From contig CM059432.1 of the NCBI GenBank assembly GCA_030390025.1, forward strand, positions 80,850,001-80,914,000: a DNA stretch of 64,000 nt, in the 5' to 3' direction. Shown piece by piece: positions 47,282-60,440 of the stretch. Position 1 is the first letter of the stretch. Each line of letters opens with the position of its first letter. The position numbers and the translations under genes are program-made. This DNA comes from Squalus acanthias (Eukaryota). The notes under the pieces were generated by a model. It worked only from the letters and a program-made list of their open reading frames with translations, was not told the DNA's origin and made no database searches.

Positions 47282-48765
47282 GGGCTAGAAATTCATTTTA
47301 GCCCAGGAATGGGTGGTATCTTTAGAAAAGTTTGAGAATTAGCGTCAGGCGCTAATGCTTTAGACTGCACACAAAATTCATTCTCCAAGAAATGATTGGG
47401 GCGCTAAGTCAAGTCTTAAAGGCTTAGCTCCGTGGTGTTACACTCAAAGAGTGGATCAATATCGGGTGCAGTCTAATCTCAACTCATCATTGTCACAGGC
47501 TTTTCCCAGTACTTAAAGGGGAGGTTGATTGATACTGCAACACCTGATTCTTAGCATTGCTGGCTGTGCAACTGCCTCAGCAAGGGGAAGCACAACAAGG
47601 ACAAGGAGCTGGAGGACTGAAGCAGGTGTGCTCTTGACAGATCCACCTCAGTCAGGTGGTCAGGGTGATTGAATGCTTCAACAAATGCTACATACCACTA
47701 GCTGTACCACAAGCTTCAGACACTGCCCAAAGCACCACATCCCCAGCACTCCCACACCAACAATCTCTACCTACCAACACTCACATCTCACGTCCTTGCA
47801 CACAATTACAGCTGTTCAACTATGGCAGGCACAAGGGTCATTAGTTATTAGAATGATTGTGATATGTTTATGCATAAATTTATTCATGGAGTTTGCAATA
47901 TTTTGTGGTCTCTCTCGTTTCACCTTTGTGCTCAGGAGGACGCTGTGATATGGCATGATAGGCATGTGGTGAGCAAAAGGGATTTGGGGTTTAAGCCATC
48001 CTGATGTGAGGCTGGAGGTCTGTTTGGAGGAGGTGGCAGAGTTCTGTGACCACCACCTTGGTGATGTGGAGTCATCTAATACACTGCTCCTCGCTTAATT
48101 GAAGGTAGGAGAAGTGGTGTCTGAATATCCTCAGCAGGTAAGGCCCCCTGGTCAGAGCTCTGATGTCCCTCCTCATCCCTCTGTGCACATGTTCCCGTAT
48201 TTCTCGCTGCCTACGCTCCCTCCGCCATAGATCCTGGAGGGTGAGGTGGCATCCCAGTACAGCCCCCATTAATGTTGTTAAGTGCAGCACTTTGATATTT
48301 TGTAAGAATAAATGTAACTACTTTTTAGTTACCACAACACTCCTGATACAAAAGAACCTTTTTAAATTACTGAATTAAACTGTTTCACAATGTCAAACTG
48401 ACAAGGAAGCACTGAATTTCCACTAACCTACAGCTGTGACTCCTTACTCATGATCCCTTTAAATAGCGAGCCTGGAACCGGCATCCGCCAGCTTCACGCC
48501 TCCACTCCCTGTCGCTGTCGGGGCGAGGCGCTAAGGTAGGGGGGCGAGAATGAATTTTGCAGATCGGGCTCCCAGTGATTGACGTCATGATCTGCCTGGC
48601 GTTGAAGTCCCCGGCGGTAACTCGTACTGGCGGCACAACAGGGGGTGGGGCCAGTTTTGGCGTGCGTTGCTGGAGTCGCCTCGCCACAGCGCTACTGCAT
48701 CAACGCCCCGTTATTGCCCTCTGCCGGCGCTAACGGGAGGCGCTAACCAATTGAATTTTTCCCCC
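47282..48765. mobile_element. Internally deleted Harbinger element
   Basis: TIRs GGGCTAGAAATT / AATTTTTCCCCC, TSD TCT. Minus-strand transposase N-terminal remnant RIFRHHFSYLQLSEEQCIR. Confidence 0.8.
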
Positions 48766-48849
48766 TCTATTTTCTGCATTTGGTAAGAATTTGAGAATAG
48801 ATGTTTAACCAATTGTACTAAGTGACTTTTATTACAATTGGTACATTGT

Positions 48850-49375
48850 GGGGGAAAAATTGGGTTGATTTGTATCTCCCGTTAGTGCCCCCAGTGGGAG
48901 GTTAGCGGCGGCAGCAGCCGGTAGCGCCCCGTGGCGCTGCACCTCCAGCGCTGACGTCATCTCCGTGCGCAGCACTCCGGCCACAAACTTTGGCCGTGTC
49001 CCCTGACCTACCGCCGGACGATATGTCCCACAGGGTCAGGGTGGCATTTTTGCGGCCGCGGCCACGCAAATTAAAGAGCAGGTGCCGGGCGGCCATTATT
49101 TTTTGGCCGCCTGCCAGCACCTGCCCCCTTCCGCTTTTTTATGGGGAGGGCGGCCTGCAATACCACGGCGCTTCGTGCCGATGCGTGTGGCGCTCTTGCA
49201 CGTAGCGCCGCGATATTCAATGGTAGCGCCCCATGAAGGAGGGGGAGCGCTTTCAGTAGCGCTCCGCCTCCTGCTTGGGGTACTACCACTGAATTTAGGC
49301 CGCAGGGGTGCTAACTTTTTTGGGGCACTAAAAGTTGCGCCTTGGCAAAGTTAGCGCCACCGAATTTTTCCCCCC
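48850..49375. mobile_element. Harbinger MITE, same family as 21696-22386
   Basis: TIRs GGGGGAAAAATT / AATTTTTCCCCC, collinear internal sequence. No clear TSD. Confidence 0.85.
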
Positions 49376-49668
49376 TAGTGCTTACTTGGTTTGCCTTCAG
49401 AGAGATAAATGGATTAAGACCTGGAGGTCTGGTTCAGGGATTTTCATTGTTACGCACTCTGGTCCAGCTACCACACTCGCATATACAGGGCAGTGGGAGT
49501 CATCTCCAGATTTAAAAAAAAAAAGGAAACCAGACCGCTTAAGGGAGCGACTTACACCACTGAAGTCGAGTAGATGGCTATAGCAGACCCAAAATTGGAA
49601 TGGCAGACCTTTTAAAATTGATCAACCCTTAAGTAAAATTCGGTTTTAAAAGCTGTTCTGTACACTTT

Positions 49669-50363
49669 GGGGGTACTTTTAACAACCCATGACAGGCGGG
49701 AGAGGGTTGGGAGGGGGTGGTTAATTCAGCAAATTTGCAAAATCTGACCCCAACCTGCTGCGAACGAGCCTGCTTCCGTTTTAACTGTGGGAGGTATCGG
49801 GTGTCGGAGTAACCCGCTCTGGAGAGACGGGTCTGCAATTATAATCTGGAAATGAGACTCCATTCCTGATATTTCGGCAGCCATTTGAATTTGATACCGG
49901 CGGCTGGGTTTCCCAGTGCTCGGCAAACCCGGCAGCTAAAGGGAGGCGGGAGCAGCCGGATCCAGCAGGTAAGTGCTTTTCATAACATTGCTTGTGTGCC
50001 AGGAGGAGCAGGAGTGTTCCCCCGGCCCCTTAAGAAAATCTTCTGCCACAACTGCCCCCCCCCCCCCCCCCCCCCCCACAACAAACCTGCAATGTTCCCC
50101 GTTCCCCCCCGCCTCCTGATTGTCGGGCTGCCCTCCCCCACCCCTGCACCAATGTGCGATGTTTCCCATTTGCTGGGGACCGTACTCAACCTTCTACTGC
50201 TGGCTTTCCTGCCTGGCAGCTGGCCAGTTTCTCAATTTGTCCGACTGCCGGGCAGGAAACGGAGTTAAAAGAAATAATGGAGGTCCTGCCTTTAAATTCT
50301 GGGTTCGCATTTCCGGGTCTCCCCACCCCGCAAACACGCTCCCACCCTGTTACTATCGGGGCC
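49669..50363. mobile_element. Probable Harbinger-like MITE
   Basis: GC-rich block sharing CAGGTAAGT...CCAGGAGGAGCAGGAGTG with 46890-46950. Weak TIRs, TTT flanks. Confidence 0.5.
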
Positions 50364-50599
50364 TTTGTGTTGCTGCGCTGAATCCAAAAACCATTCCATT
50401 GGGCTCACTAGTAGCTGGTTAGTTAGCAAATGTTATAATGCTTATTTGCCTGTAAAACAACACTTCTTTAGTAGTTCATGGGCTGTGAAGAACTTTAGGA
50501 AGATCTGACTACGTGAAAGGCACAACATCGATGCAAGTTTCTTTTTTTTAACCTAAATCCTAGGTTTGTACATTTATTTATAGCCTGTTTAGTAGACAT

Positions 50600-51060
50600 G
50601 CGAGAGCCTTGGCTTAGTGCTAGCATTCCGCTTCTGAGTCAGCAGGTGAAAGGTTTGAACTGCACTGCAGACTGGCGAGTGAAGACTCGAATATGGTCTC
50701 TAAATATGGGATTGACATCCAGCAGGGTCCTTGCGTCCAGACGCAGTGACAACTGGCACAGTGGTATTGCCACCTGAGGCAGACGGGCTGGGTTTGGGCA
50801 CCACTCCAGACAGCCCTGGTGAATGGCGAGTCGGATCTGAATACTGGATTGATGTCCAGCAGGGATAATTGTGTCTGATGGGTGCAGGTGATTCCTCCCC
50901 CCCCCCCCCCCCCCACCCCGCCCATTGTAAAGGGTCTTTAGCCTTGGATGCAGCCCCTGCCGAGGAGAAGGCACTCCCAAGGTTAAAAACCATGAGGAAG
51001 GCGACATGAAAGCACCTCCGCTACTCTTTCCCCAGTAAGTAGCTATAATATCATGAGACC
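50600..51060 (+). mobile_element. Possible old tRNA-derived SINE with RTE-like tail
   Basis: Degenerate A box TGGCTTAGTG and B box GGTTTGAAC. 3' GAGGAAGGCGAC...CACCTCCGCTACTCTT resembles RTE/BovB-type ends from memory. Confidence 0.35.
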
Positions 51061-51949
51061 TGATTTAGAACCTGCCCAAGGGCAGAACACAAGGGATGGA
51101 TGGTTTGTAGATATGACTTATTTTGGGCAAAGCATTTGTGGGGCATGTCCGGTTCAGCTGAAAGAAAATACTTCCAGCACTTCTGCTTGAACACATGCAA
51201 AGTATTATGGAAAACCCTAACAAGGTAATGGAAATAATGAACTCCAAAATGTACATTGTCAGGATTTTTAAAATTCCAAGGGTCATTCTAGTAATTGGCA
51301 TTACCTCATGCCTAAAACAATCCCTGACATGGCATATATACAATTTTATTGTTCATTACTGCCTAATTAGCTGTATTATAAGTGCTCTAGTTAATAAGAT
51401 TTTCCCTTCATTTGCACAATGTTGCAGCAATCTTGTGATTAAAATTTGCTGCAATTTCATAGTGCCACTACATCATATTACCAATAGAATCATGGCCCGA
51501 AAGCTATTTGATTGACTGAATGGAATAAAAGTGCTGATCTTGGCACAACAGTCAATGGGAGGTTAGAGCACAGGGGACCAGCTTTCCTCAAAGGATGTAC
51601 AAACCAGCAGGAGGTAGATGGGGTAAGATTAGTACCTGCCTATTTGAACCAGAGCTGAACACAGTTGAGTTTCTAGGTTTAGCCTGATTGGTATTTTGTG
51701 AGCGAGCTGCATCTTGGATACCCATTAGTGGATGCAGAATAGAGTGCTGTTGCAGGTCTTTTAAAGAGGTAGTGCCTGAGGTGGGGGGTGGGGTGGTGGT
51801 GGAGGGCGGGCGGGGGGGCATTGAACAATGCTGAAGTTCTTTGCTGACATGTCTTCCAGCACATGGGGGAGTAGCAATGTGTGTTGATTAGCAGTGAGGG
51901 CTGTGGAGATCTTGGTGGACCAAGTTAGAGGCAGAAGGGACATCCTGTT

Positions 51950-52430
51950 CATAGAATCATAGAAATTTATGGCACAGAAGGAGGCGATTTGGCCCATTGT
52001 ATCTGTGCTGGAACAGACTTCATGTGCTAAGGTAGGAAGCTCCAATCTCATAGAATCTTACAGCACAGAAGGAGGTTATACAGCCTGCCATGTCTGTGCC
52101 GGCTCTTTGAAAGAACTGTCCAATTTAGTCCCACACACTAGCTTTTTGCCCATAACCCTGCAAATTAGTCCTCTTCAAGTACTTGTCCAATTGTCTTTTA
52201 AAAAGTTCTTATGGAATTTGATTCCACCACCCTTTCTGAGTACCTCTATTGGGTCTCCCCTTAACCTTCTCTGCTCTGAGAACAATGCCAGCTTCTCCAA
52301 TCTCTGCACAAAACTGAACTCCCTCATTCCTGGTATCATCTGAAGAAACCTCCTCTGCACCCTCTCCAAGGCCTTGACATCCTTCCTAAAGTGTGGTGCC
52401 AAGAATTATGCACCATACTCCACGTGAGGC
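51950..52430 (-). mobile_element. CR1 3' fragments
   Basis: APHFRKDVKALERVQRRF; two tails near 51950 and 52048. Confidence 0.8.
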
Positions 52431-53320
52431 CTGTTCAACATCTCATTGTTTAAACTCTGTAGACCCATATCCTTGCCTCCTTCCCAATCGATCATTTCCT
52501 TGAGGCTTCCCATGGTTGACCATTTTAGCAGCAGGGGCAACTTCACACACTGCCTTTCTGATTTTCCTCACACTCCTAAAAGTGCTCCCCCAACTTCTTT
52601 CATTTTTTGTAACAACATGATACTTGTTCCTGTCATACACACTATGGTGAACAGGCTGATACATGCCAAAGGTGGAGAGCCCCGTTGCCAATATCAGTTA
52701 TTTACTCATTCTGCTATTCCTTGCAGTAGAACCTTTTAATATGCAACTCGGAGTCGTACACTGTACATGGGATCCCAATTGCCATTTTGGGAGACAGCTG
52801 GACAGAGTGTACACCACCCACTTACCCAGCAGTACAGACGAAGAGGACCAAATATGGCTCCACGAGAATAAGGTGTGCTGCTGCCACCTTGGATCACCCA
52901 CTCCCAGAAACATCGGTGACATGGTAATGAGCTCCAACCCTTAAAATGGACATCCGGTACTTAAAATCAACCCTATTGCTTCAACATTTCTATGGTATGC
53001 TTTCATGAATCTCGGTGTACCTCTGTTCATCAGGTGTATGTAGATGTTGCACGCATTTCATAAACCAGATTTGTAGTAGGTAGCCTTGGTCTCCATAGCT
53101 TGTGCATGTTGTGTAGGGTCAAACAATGGGAGACTGGATGACTGGTGTAAGATAAAGGCATCATGGCAACTGCTGGGAAAGTGGGCAATAACCCACATGA
53201 TTTTGTACTGATGGTCACAAACTAGCTATACACAGAGATAAACTAACTATACACTGAGAGTGGAATCCCTTGTGATTAATGAAGGTTACAGTATTGTGGT
53301 GAGGAGGGTGTAAAGCATTA

Positions 53321-56300
53321 GGTTCACTAATGTCCTTTAGGGAAGGAAATGGGCCACCCTTACCTGGTCTGGCCTGTATGTGACTCCAGACCCACAGTAA
53401 TGTGATTGACTCTTAACTACCCTCTGAAATGTCCTAGCAAGCCACTCAGTTGTAAAAAACCGCTACGAAAAACAATAAGAATAAAACCGGATGGACCACC
53501 CAGCATCGACTGCGGCACCAGTTACGGACACAACAATGGCACACCCAGTCCAATCGACCCTGCAGAGTCCTCCTCACCAACATCTAGGGACTTGTGCCAA
53601 AATTGGGAGAGCTGTCCCGCAGACTAGTCAAGCAACAGCCTGACATAGTCATACTCGCAGAATCATACCTTTCAGCCAATGTCCCAAACTCCTCCATCAC
53701 CATCCCTGGGTATGTCCTGTCCCACTTGCAGGACAGACCCACCAGGGGTGGTGGCACAGTGGTATACAGTCGGGAAGGAGTGGCCCTGGGAATCCTCAAC
53801 ACTGACTCCAGACCCCATGAAGTGATGAATCAGAACTCCTCCATGTTGAACACCACTTGGAAGAAGCACTGAGTAGCAAGGGCACAGAATGTAATCTGGG
53901 TGAGGGACTTCAATGTCCATCACCAAAAGTGGCTCGGTAGCACCACTACTGACTGAGCTGGCCGACACCTGAAGGACATAGCTGCCAGTCTGGGCCTGCA
54001 ACAGGTGGTGAGAGAACCAACACGAGGGAAAAAACTACTTGACCTCGTCCTCACCAATCTACCTGTTGCAGATGCATCTGCCCATAACAGCATTGGTAGC
54101 AGTGACCACCGCACAGTCATTGTGGAGATGAAGTCCTGTCTTCACATTGAGGACACCCTCCACCGTGCTAAATGGGATAGATTCAGAACAGATCTAGCAG
54201 CTCAAAACTGGGCATCCATGAGGCACTGTGGGCCATCAGCAGCAGAATTGTCTTCCACCACAATCTGTAACCTCATGGCCCAGCATATCCCTCACTCTAC
54301 CATTACCATCAAGCCAGGGGACCAACCCTGGTTCAATAAGGAGTGTAGAAGAGCATGCCAGGAGCAGCACCAGGTGTACCTAAAAATGCGGTGCCAACTT
54401 GGGGAAGCTGTAACACAGGACTACATGCATGCTAAAAAGCAGAAGCAGCATGCTATAGACTGGGCTAAGCGATCCCACAATCAACGGATCAGATCAAAGC
54501 TCTGTAGTCCTGCCACATCCAGTCGTGAATGGTGGTGGACTATTAAACAACTAACGAGAGGAGGAGGCTCCATGAATATTCCCATCCTCAATGATGGTGG
54601 AGCCCAGCACGTGAGTGCAAAAGACCAAGCTGAAGCGTTTGCAACCATCTTCAGCCAGAAGTGCCATGTGGATGATCCATATCGGCCTCCTCCTGAGGTT
54701 CCCACCATCACAGAAGCCAGTCTTCAGCCAATTTGATTCACTCCACGTGATATCAAGAAACGGTTGAGCGCACTGGATACAGCAAAGGCTATGGACCCCG
54801 ACAAGATCCCGGCTATCGTGCTGAAGACTTGTGCTCCAGAACTAGCCGTGTCTCTAGCCAAGCTGTTCCAGTATAGCTATAACACTGGCATCTATCTGAC
54901 AATGTATAAAACTGCCCAGGTATGACCTGTCCACAAAAAGCAGGACAAATCCAACCCGGTCAATTACCACCCCATCAGTCTACTCTCAATCATCATCAAA
55001 GTGATGGAAGGTGTCGTCGACAGTGCTATCAAGCGGCACTTACTCACCAATAACCTGCTCACTGATGCCCAGTTTGGGTTCCGCCAAGACTACTCGGCTC
55101 CTGACCTCATTACAGCCTTGGTCCAAACATGGACAAAAGAGCTGAATTCCAGAGGTGAGGTGAGAGTGACTGCCCTTGACATCAAGACAGCATTTGACTG
55201 AGTGTGGCATCAAGGACCCCAAGTAAAACTGAAGTCAGTGGGAATCAGAAGGAAACAAACTCTCTGCTGGCTGGAGTCATACCTAGCACAAAGGAAGATG
55301 GTTGTGGTTGTTGGAGGTCAATCACCACAGCCCCAGGACATCGCTGCAGGAGTTACTCAGGGCAGTGTCCTAGGCCCAACCATCTTCAGCTGCTTCATCA
55401 ATGAACTTCCCTCCATCATAAGGTCAGAAGTGGGGATGTTCACTGATGACTGCACAGTGGTCAGTGCCATTCGCAACTCCTCAGATAATGAAGCAGTCCA
55501 TGCCGGCATGCAGCAAGACCTGGACGACATTCAGGCTTGGGCTGATAAGTTGCAGGTAACATTCGCGCCACACAAGTGCCAGGCAATGACTATCTCCAAC
55601 AAGCAAGCGTCTAACCACCGCCTCTTGACATTCAATGGCATTACCATTGCCGAATCCCCCACCATCATTACCCTGGGGGTCACCATTGACCAGAAACTTA
55701 ACTGGACTAGCCACATAAATACTGTGGCAACAAGAGCAGGTCAGTGGCTGGGTATTCTGCGGCTAGTGTCTCTCTCCTTACTTCCCAAAGCCTTTCCACC
55801 ATCTACAAGGCACAAGTCAGGAGTGTGATGGAATACTCTCCACTTGCCTGGATGAGTGCAGCTCCAACCACACTCAAGAAGCTCGATACCATCCAAGACA
55901 AAGCAGCCTGGTTGATTGGCACCCCATCCACCACCATAAACATTCACTCCCTCCACCACCGGCGTACCATGGCTGCAGTGTGTACCATCTACAAGATGCA
56001 CTGCATCAACTTGCCAAGGCTTCTTCGGGAGCACCTCCCAAACCCGTGACCTCTACCACCTAGAAGGACAAGGGCAGCAGCCGCATGGGAACACCACCAC
56101 CTCCAAGTTCCCCTCCAAGTCACACGCCATCCTGACTTGGAAGTATATCGCCGATCCTTCATCGTTGCTGGGTCAAAATTCTGGAACTCCTTCCCTAACA
56201 GCACTGTGGGAGTACCTTTACCACACGGACTGCAGCGGTTCAAGAAGGCGGCTCACCACCACATTCTCAAGGGCAACTAGGGATAGGCAATAAATGCTGG

Positions 56301-56343
56301 CCTTGCCAGCGACACCCACATCCTATGAACGAATAAAAAAAAC
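53321..56343 (+). mobile_element. Single-ORF APE-RT LINE copy 3, retaining part of the SINE-like head
   Basis: 53321-53401 matches 19406-19487 and runs uninterrupted into the APE, RT and family tail. Confidence 0.95.
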
Positions 56344-56499
56344 ATGTGCACTGTCAATGATGCCCTGTATTTTGGAGAATCCTACAATCTCTGCAAACCC
56401 CAAAGCCTTCTCCTGCTGTTTCTAGATATCTGTGGAGAAAGGCATTAGTCACCTGGTTGATACTTGAAGGACTGTAGTATAGCTGATTAATTGTAACCA

Positions 56500-56640
56500 T
56501 TTGGCAGCTTGGAAGAAGCCAGAGGCAAAAAAGCACAGTGACCTTTCTTGCAGTGGACATTGCCATGCTTGCCTGGAGGATGGCTGCAGATGACGAGTCT
56601 CTTACTGCCTTACTGGAGAAGCATAGCCTCCTCATAAAAT
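56500..56640 (-). pseudogene. Highly degenerate Harbinger transposase remnant
   Basis: RRLCFSSKAVRD...MSTARKVTVLFCLW resembles [13 protein letters not shown]...[13 protein letters not shown]. Confidence 0.4.
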
Positions 56641-57709
56641 GCTATTCAGTTAAGTACAGGAATGATTGGTGCAGCATGCACACTTAGTTGCGAGAGTAGA
56701 GGTAGGAGCAATCAATCCTCCCCTACGTCCTGTCCTTTCAACAGCATTCTTGTTTCCATCCTCTTACTCCAAGTGTAAAATATAGTGGGATTGCTGGAGG
56801 CACCAGCAGAGAGCAAAGGGCTAAGCTATTTGTAACAATGGGCCTTGGAACAATCACTCCTGGAAACCCCTTCACACACCCAAGTGCCTCTATTTATCAA
56901 TAATGCAGCCAATATAAATTCAAACTTACTGTCTGGTTTTTAGCTTATGGTTGTATTCAGCATCACTGGTCCATTATGTACATAGTCCTTGTATTCCCCA
57001 CCATCAGTTTCTGCCCAATATCCAAGTAAACAACAGCATGACTCTGGGTAACAGCCCTGACTCTGTTCGCTGGCTATTGGAATGTATCATGTGCTGCCAC
57101 GTTCACTCTCCTTTCAGAGCATCAGACTGGATAAACACACTTATTAAATTGAGACACCGGCTTTGAACCAATGAGTGGTATTATTTACGTGAAATAGATG
57201 AATGAATAATACACACTTTTTAATAGTGAAATATATTTTCCTACTTCGCTTGATATATAAAACAACAAAGGAGCAATTTGCTTTCTTTCTAAATAACTAA
57301 TCTAAATCAATGAGGAAGTTACTGATCACAGGCTGCAAATCAGAGGACTCCAGTCCATCATGGGACCGGCCCACTTCCCAATGGTCTCAAATCTGCCAAT
57401 CAAAGTCATTACCCTGGTGGGGCCTATCCTTTTGATGTGAGCTTCTTGCAGTGATTGATTGCATGCCACGCTGGGTGAATTGAATAGAATGACAGCTTAA
57501 GCGTAACGGTGTTCCCGAGCACTGCCGAGACACAATGTGAGTTTGATAGTAGCACAAAATGTTTGAGATTGCAAATAATTGGCCTCTGCATTGATTAACC
57601 AACTTCAGACCATCACTATGGATCGAAGCATTGCACCGTAGCATCTTTTCCTAGACAACACACAGTAATGCCAATCCCACCTTCACACAAATCATGAGAC
57701 AAACTCTTG

Positions 57710-58584
57710 GGCCGGAATTTTGCCGGTCCTCAGAGTGTGGGATTGGAGGCGGGACCGCTGTCAAAATAGCAAAGATTAACCGGTTAGGAAACCCACTGTC
57801 AGCCCGCCTCCAATCAATCTTCCCAAGTGTTGGGTCCCCGATTTGCGCATGGACCCGACACCTAGTGGCGGGAAGAGGATTATAGCCACTTACCTGGCTG
57901 TTAACAGGTACTTGATACTTGTTAACAGGCTCTTTTTCAATTTTGCCGCTTCTGCCTCGGGTTTCCCGACATCCGGACACCACGCCAGGTAAGTGTGGCG
58001 TGTTGTGAGTTTACTGTAATATTTCTGCATTGATGACAGCTGCAGAAGTGGTGTGAAGGATCCAATGGTGCACTGGTGAGTTTCAGAGGTAAGAAAATGT
58101 TGGGAAAATCATTTTTAATGCATTTACACTTTTCTGTAGGTAACAAGTTTTGAATTGGCTGTCTAGTCTTACCTCATTGGGAGAACCTCTCTCTCCAGTG
58201 ACAGATCGCTTCTGCAACCTCACCTGCAGCTGCCATCTGTTCTAGCCTATGGTGGGAGTCATTGGAGAGCCTGGGTGCAAGAGCTCACCTGTGAACAGTC
58301 ATTGTCAGTGTTTGCAGCACCTCAATGCTGTCAAACATTGAGAAATGAGCTGTCAAAAAAAATTGTGCATGGTCCCTTTAAGAAAATTGGCAGGTGACAC
58401 GTCATCAAATGACGCGTCATCTGACCGGCTTCCTTTTAATTGGCCGGCAAGCCCGCAGAGCGGGCTTAACAAGGCCAATCGACGTAAAATCACGTCCGTG
58501 GGCCGGATGCAGTTGGGGGCGGGACCGGAACCTGGAAACCAGCTGACCCGCTCCCAAGCCGCATCCAATTTCAAAATCGCGGCC
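57710..58584. mobile_element. Harbinger-derived non-autonomous element
   Basis: TIRs GGCCGGAATTTTG / CAAAATCGCGGCC, flanks TTG/TTA. Confidence 0.75.
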
Positions 58585-58694
58585 TTAATCATGAGATTTG
58601 GTAAGAAATCATGAGTTGCTATTTTTTGGTTTATAAATCTCATTAGTGGCTTTCTTTAATCTCTAACAGGTCACAGCTCTTTGCAAAATCTATG

Positions 58695-59100
58695 AGCTAG
58701 AAATTGCGGTCGGAGGTGTGCCTCTGGAGTACGCCTCCAACCCGTGAAACATTTCCGCACCTACCTCCATGCATCCAGGCAGAGGAGAGTTCGGGTCTCT
58801 GGCCTCCAGGCGTAAAGGCTCACTGATCCCAGGGACGCAGGCAGTTCGGAAGTGTCCCTGGGATCACGTGGGCCCGGTCCTCCAATCAGAAAGGAGGATT
58901 CCATTGCAGTCATTTCCGAACGGAATCCACTAATGACAGGCAATGGAATCCCCAAATAATTAAACAATTAACACAATTCTAATAAATATAAATGTTCTGA
59001 ATTTCAATTTTATTCATAAGTCCCTTCATTACACCAAATACAATAAAAAATTAAAGTTTTTGAAAAATAATTTTAAACATCCTAATTTGCATAAACTAAT
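58695..59100. mobile_element. Left arm of the MITE family seen at 40906
   Basis: GAAATTGCGGTC...CTGGAGTACGCCTCC...GATCCCAGGGACGCAGGCA shared. Confidence 0.75.
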
Positions 59101-59105
59101 TTAAA

Positions 59106-59117
59106 GGCTGGAATTTC

Positions 59118-59155
<38 letters not shown>

Positions 59156-60440
59156 GAGGCGGGTCAGCGGTTAAAAGCGCAGAAAATGACAGCACGTCGG
59201 GAGCCCACCGTCATCCCACCGACTTCCGCCTTTTACTGGGTGCGCCACGGACCCCTTCGACAGAGGCAGGCGGCCTAACTGCTCGTTTACAGACCCTTAA
59301 CTGCCATTTTATTGTCAGGTTTGGACTTTAATTGGTTGCACACGGGATTCAAGCACCTCGGGAACCTCACCTGTAAAGGGGAGGCGGAAGCTCAGTGACC
59401 ATTGTGCGAGTTCATTAAGTGACAGCTGGAAAAAGCACAAATACTCACACCTTACTCCTGCTTCCTTACTCAAACGAAAGGTTCTTGTGCAGATATTTAG
59501 CTTTCAGGAGTTTGCAGGTTTTCAGAAGTCTGCAACCTCTGAAGCCACTCTCACCACGTTGCTAGTCACTCTCAGTTCATTGGAGGATTGGGCCTCTGAT
59601 CTCCACTTTACCTGCCATCTATTAGATCGAGAGGTCGCACAACACCAGGTTATAGTCCAACAGTTTTATTTTAAATCACAAGCTTTCGGAGTTACAACTC
59701 CTTCGTCGGGTGAAGTGAGGAGATACAGAATCGCCAAAGCATATATAGATAGAGAACAATGCATGTGTAACTTACAATTGCAGACAACTGAATTCAATCA
59801 TCCTGACTGTTTATCTGCCGAGGTGTGATAAAGTTAATCAGGTCAGCCAGGAAGGTACCACATCAAAGACATAGCAAGATACAACTGAGACAATGAGGTG
59901 GAATCGCATGGGGTCTAACGTGTCAAAAGCTGCCGTCTGTATGTAAAACGATTAACTTTAAAATTTTTACTTTTTTACTGGGAATCACATCTGTGAACAG
60001 CCAACGACGACTCGAGTCCGGATCACGTCATGTATCGTGACATAAACCCAAGATCCCGATTGAGACCGTCTTCATGAGTGCGGAACTTGGCTATCAGTTT
60101 CTGCTCGATGATTTTGCGTTGTCGTGTTTTCCTAAGGCCGCCTTGGAGAACGCTTACCCGCAGATCCGAGGCTGAATGTCCTTGACTGCTATTAGATCAG
60201 CATGGGTGCTGCTTATGCTGTCTCACTTTGAACCTCAGAATCGGACCAAGAAGAGCCCCAACACCAGCCACACCACCAGCAGCAGCAACCACACCAGCTG
60301 CCTTCTCCTCACTGACCTGATGCTCCACAGGGGAGTCGGGATCAGCACAGGGGTGCACCGCGCAGGAGGCGATACCCCCAACACAGGGTATACAGGCAGT
60401 GGACATGACTGAGCAGCAGTGCTTCAGGACATTTTGGCCA
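59106..60440 (+). mobile_element. Harbinger left end plus transposase 5' remnant, interrupted by a Penelope element
   Basis: 60201-60430 parallels 29455-29690 ([14 protein letters not shown]). (GT)n microsatellite at 59121-59151. Confidence 0.7.
59629..60188 (-). mobile_element. Penelope-like 3' fragment
   Basis: Minus strand GHSASDLRVSVLQGG...IEQKLIAKFRTHEDGLNRD. 10-bp TSD CTATTAGATC at 59619-59628 and 60189-60198. Confidence 0.85.

Noticed and set aside
52440..53300. Possible LTR/Gypsy remnant or host exon
   Set aside because: No convincing motifs or splice-bounded C8orf34-like peptide; left unannotated.
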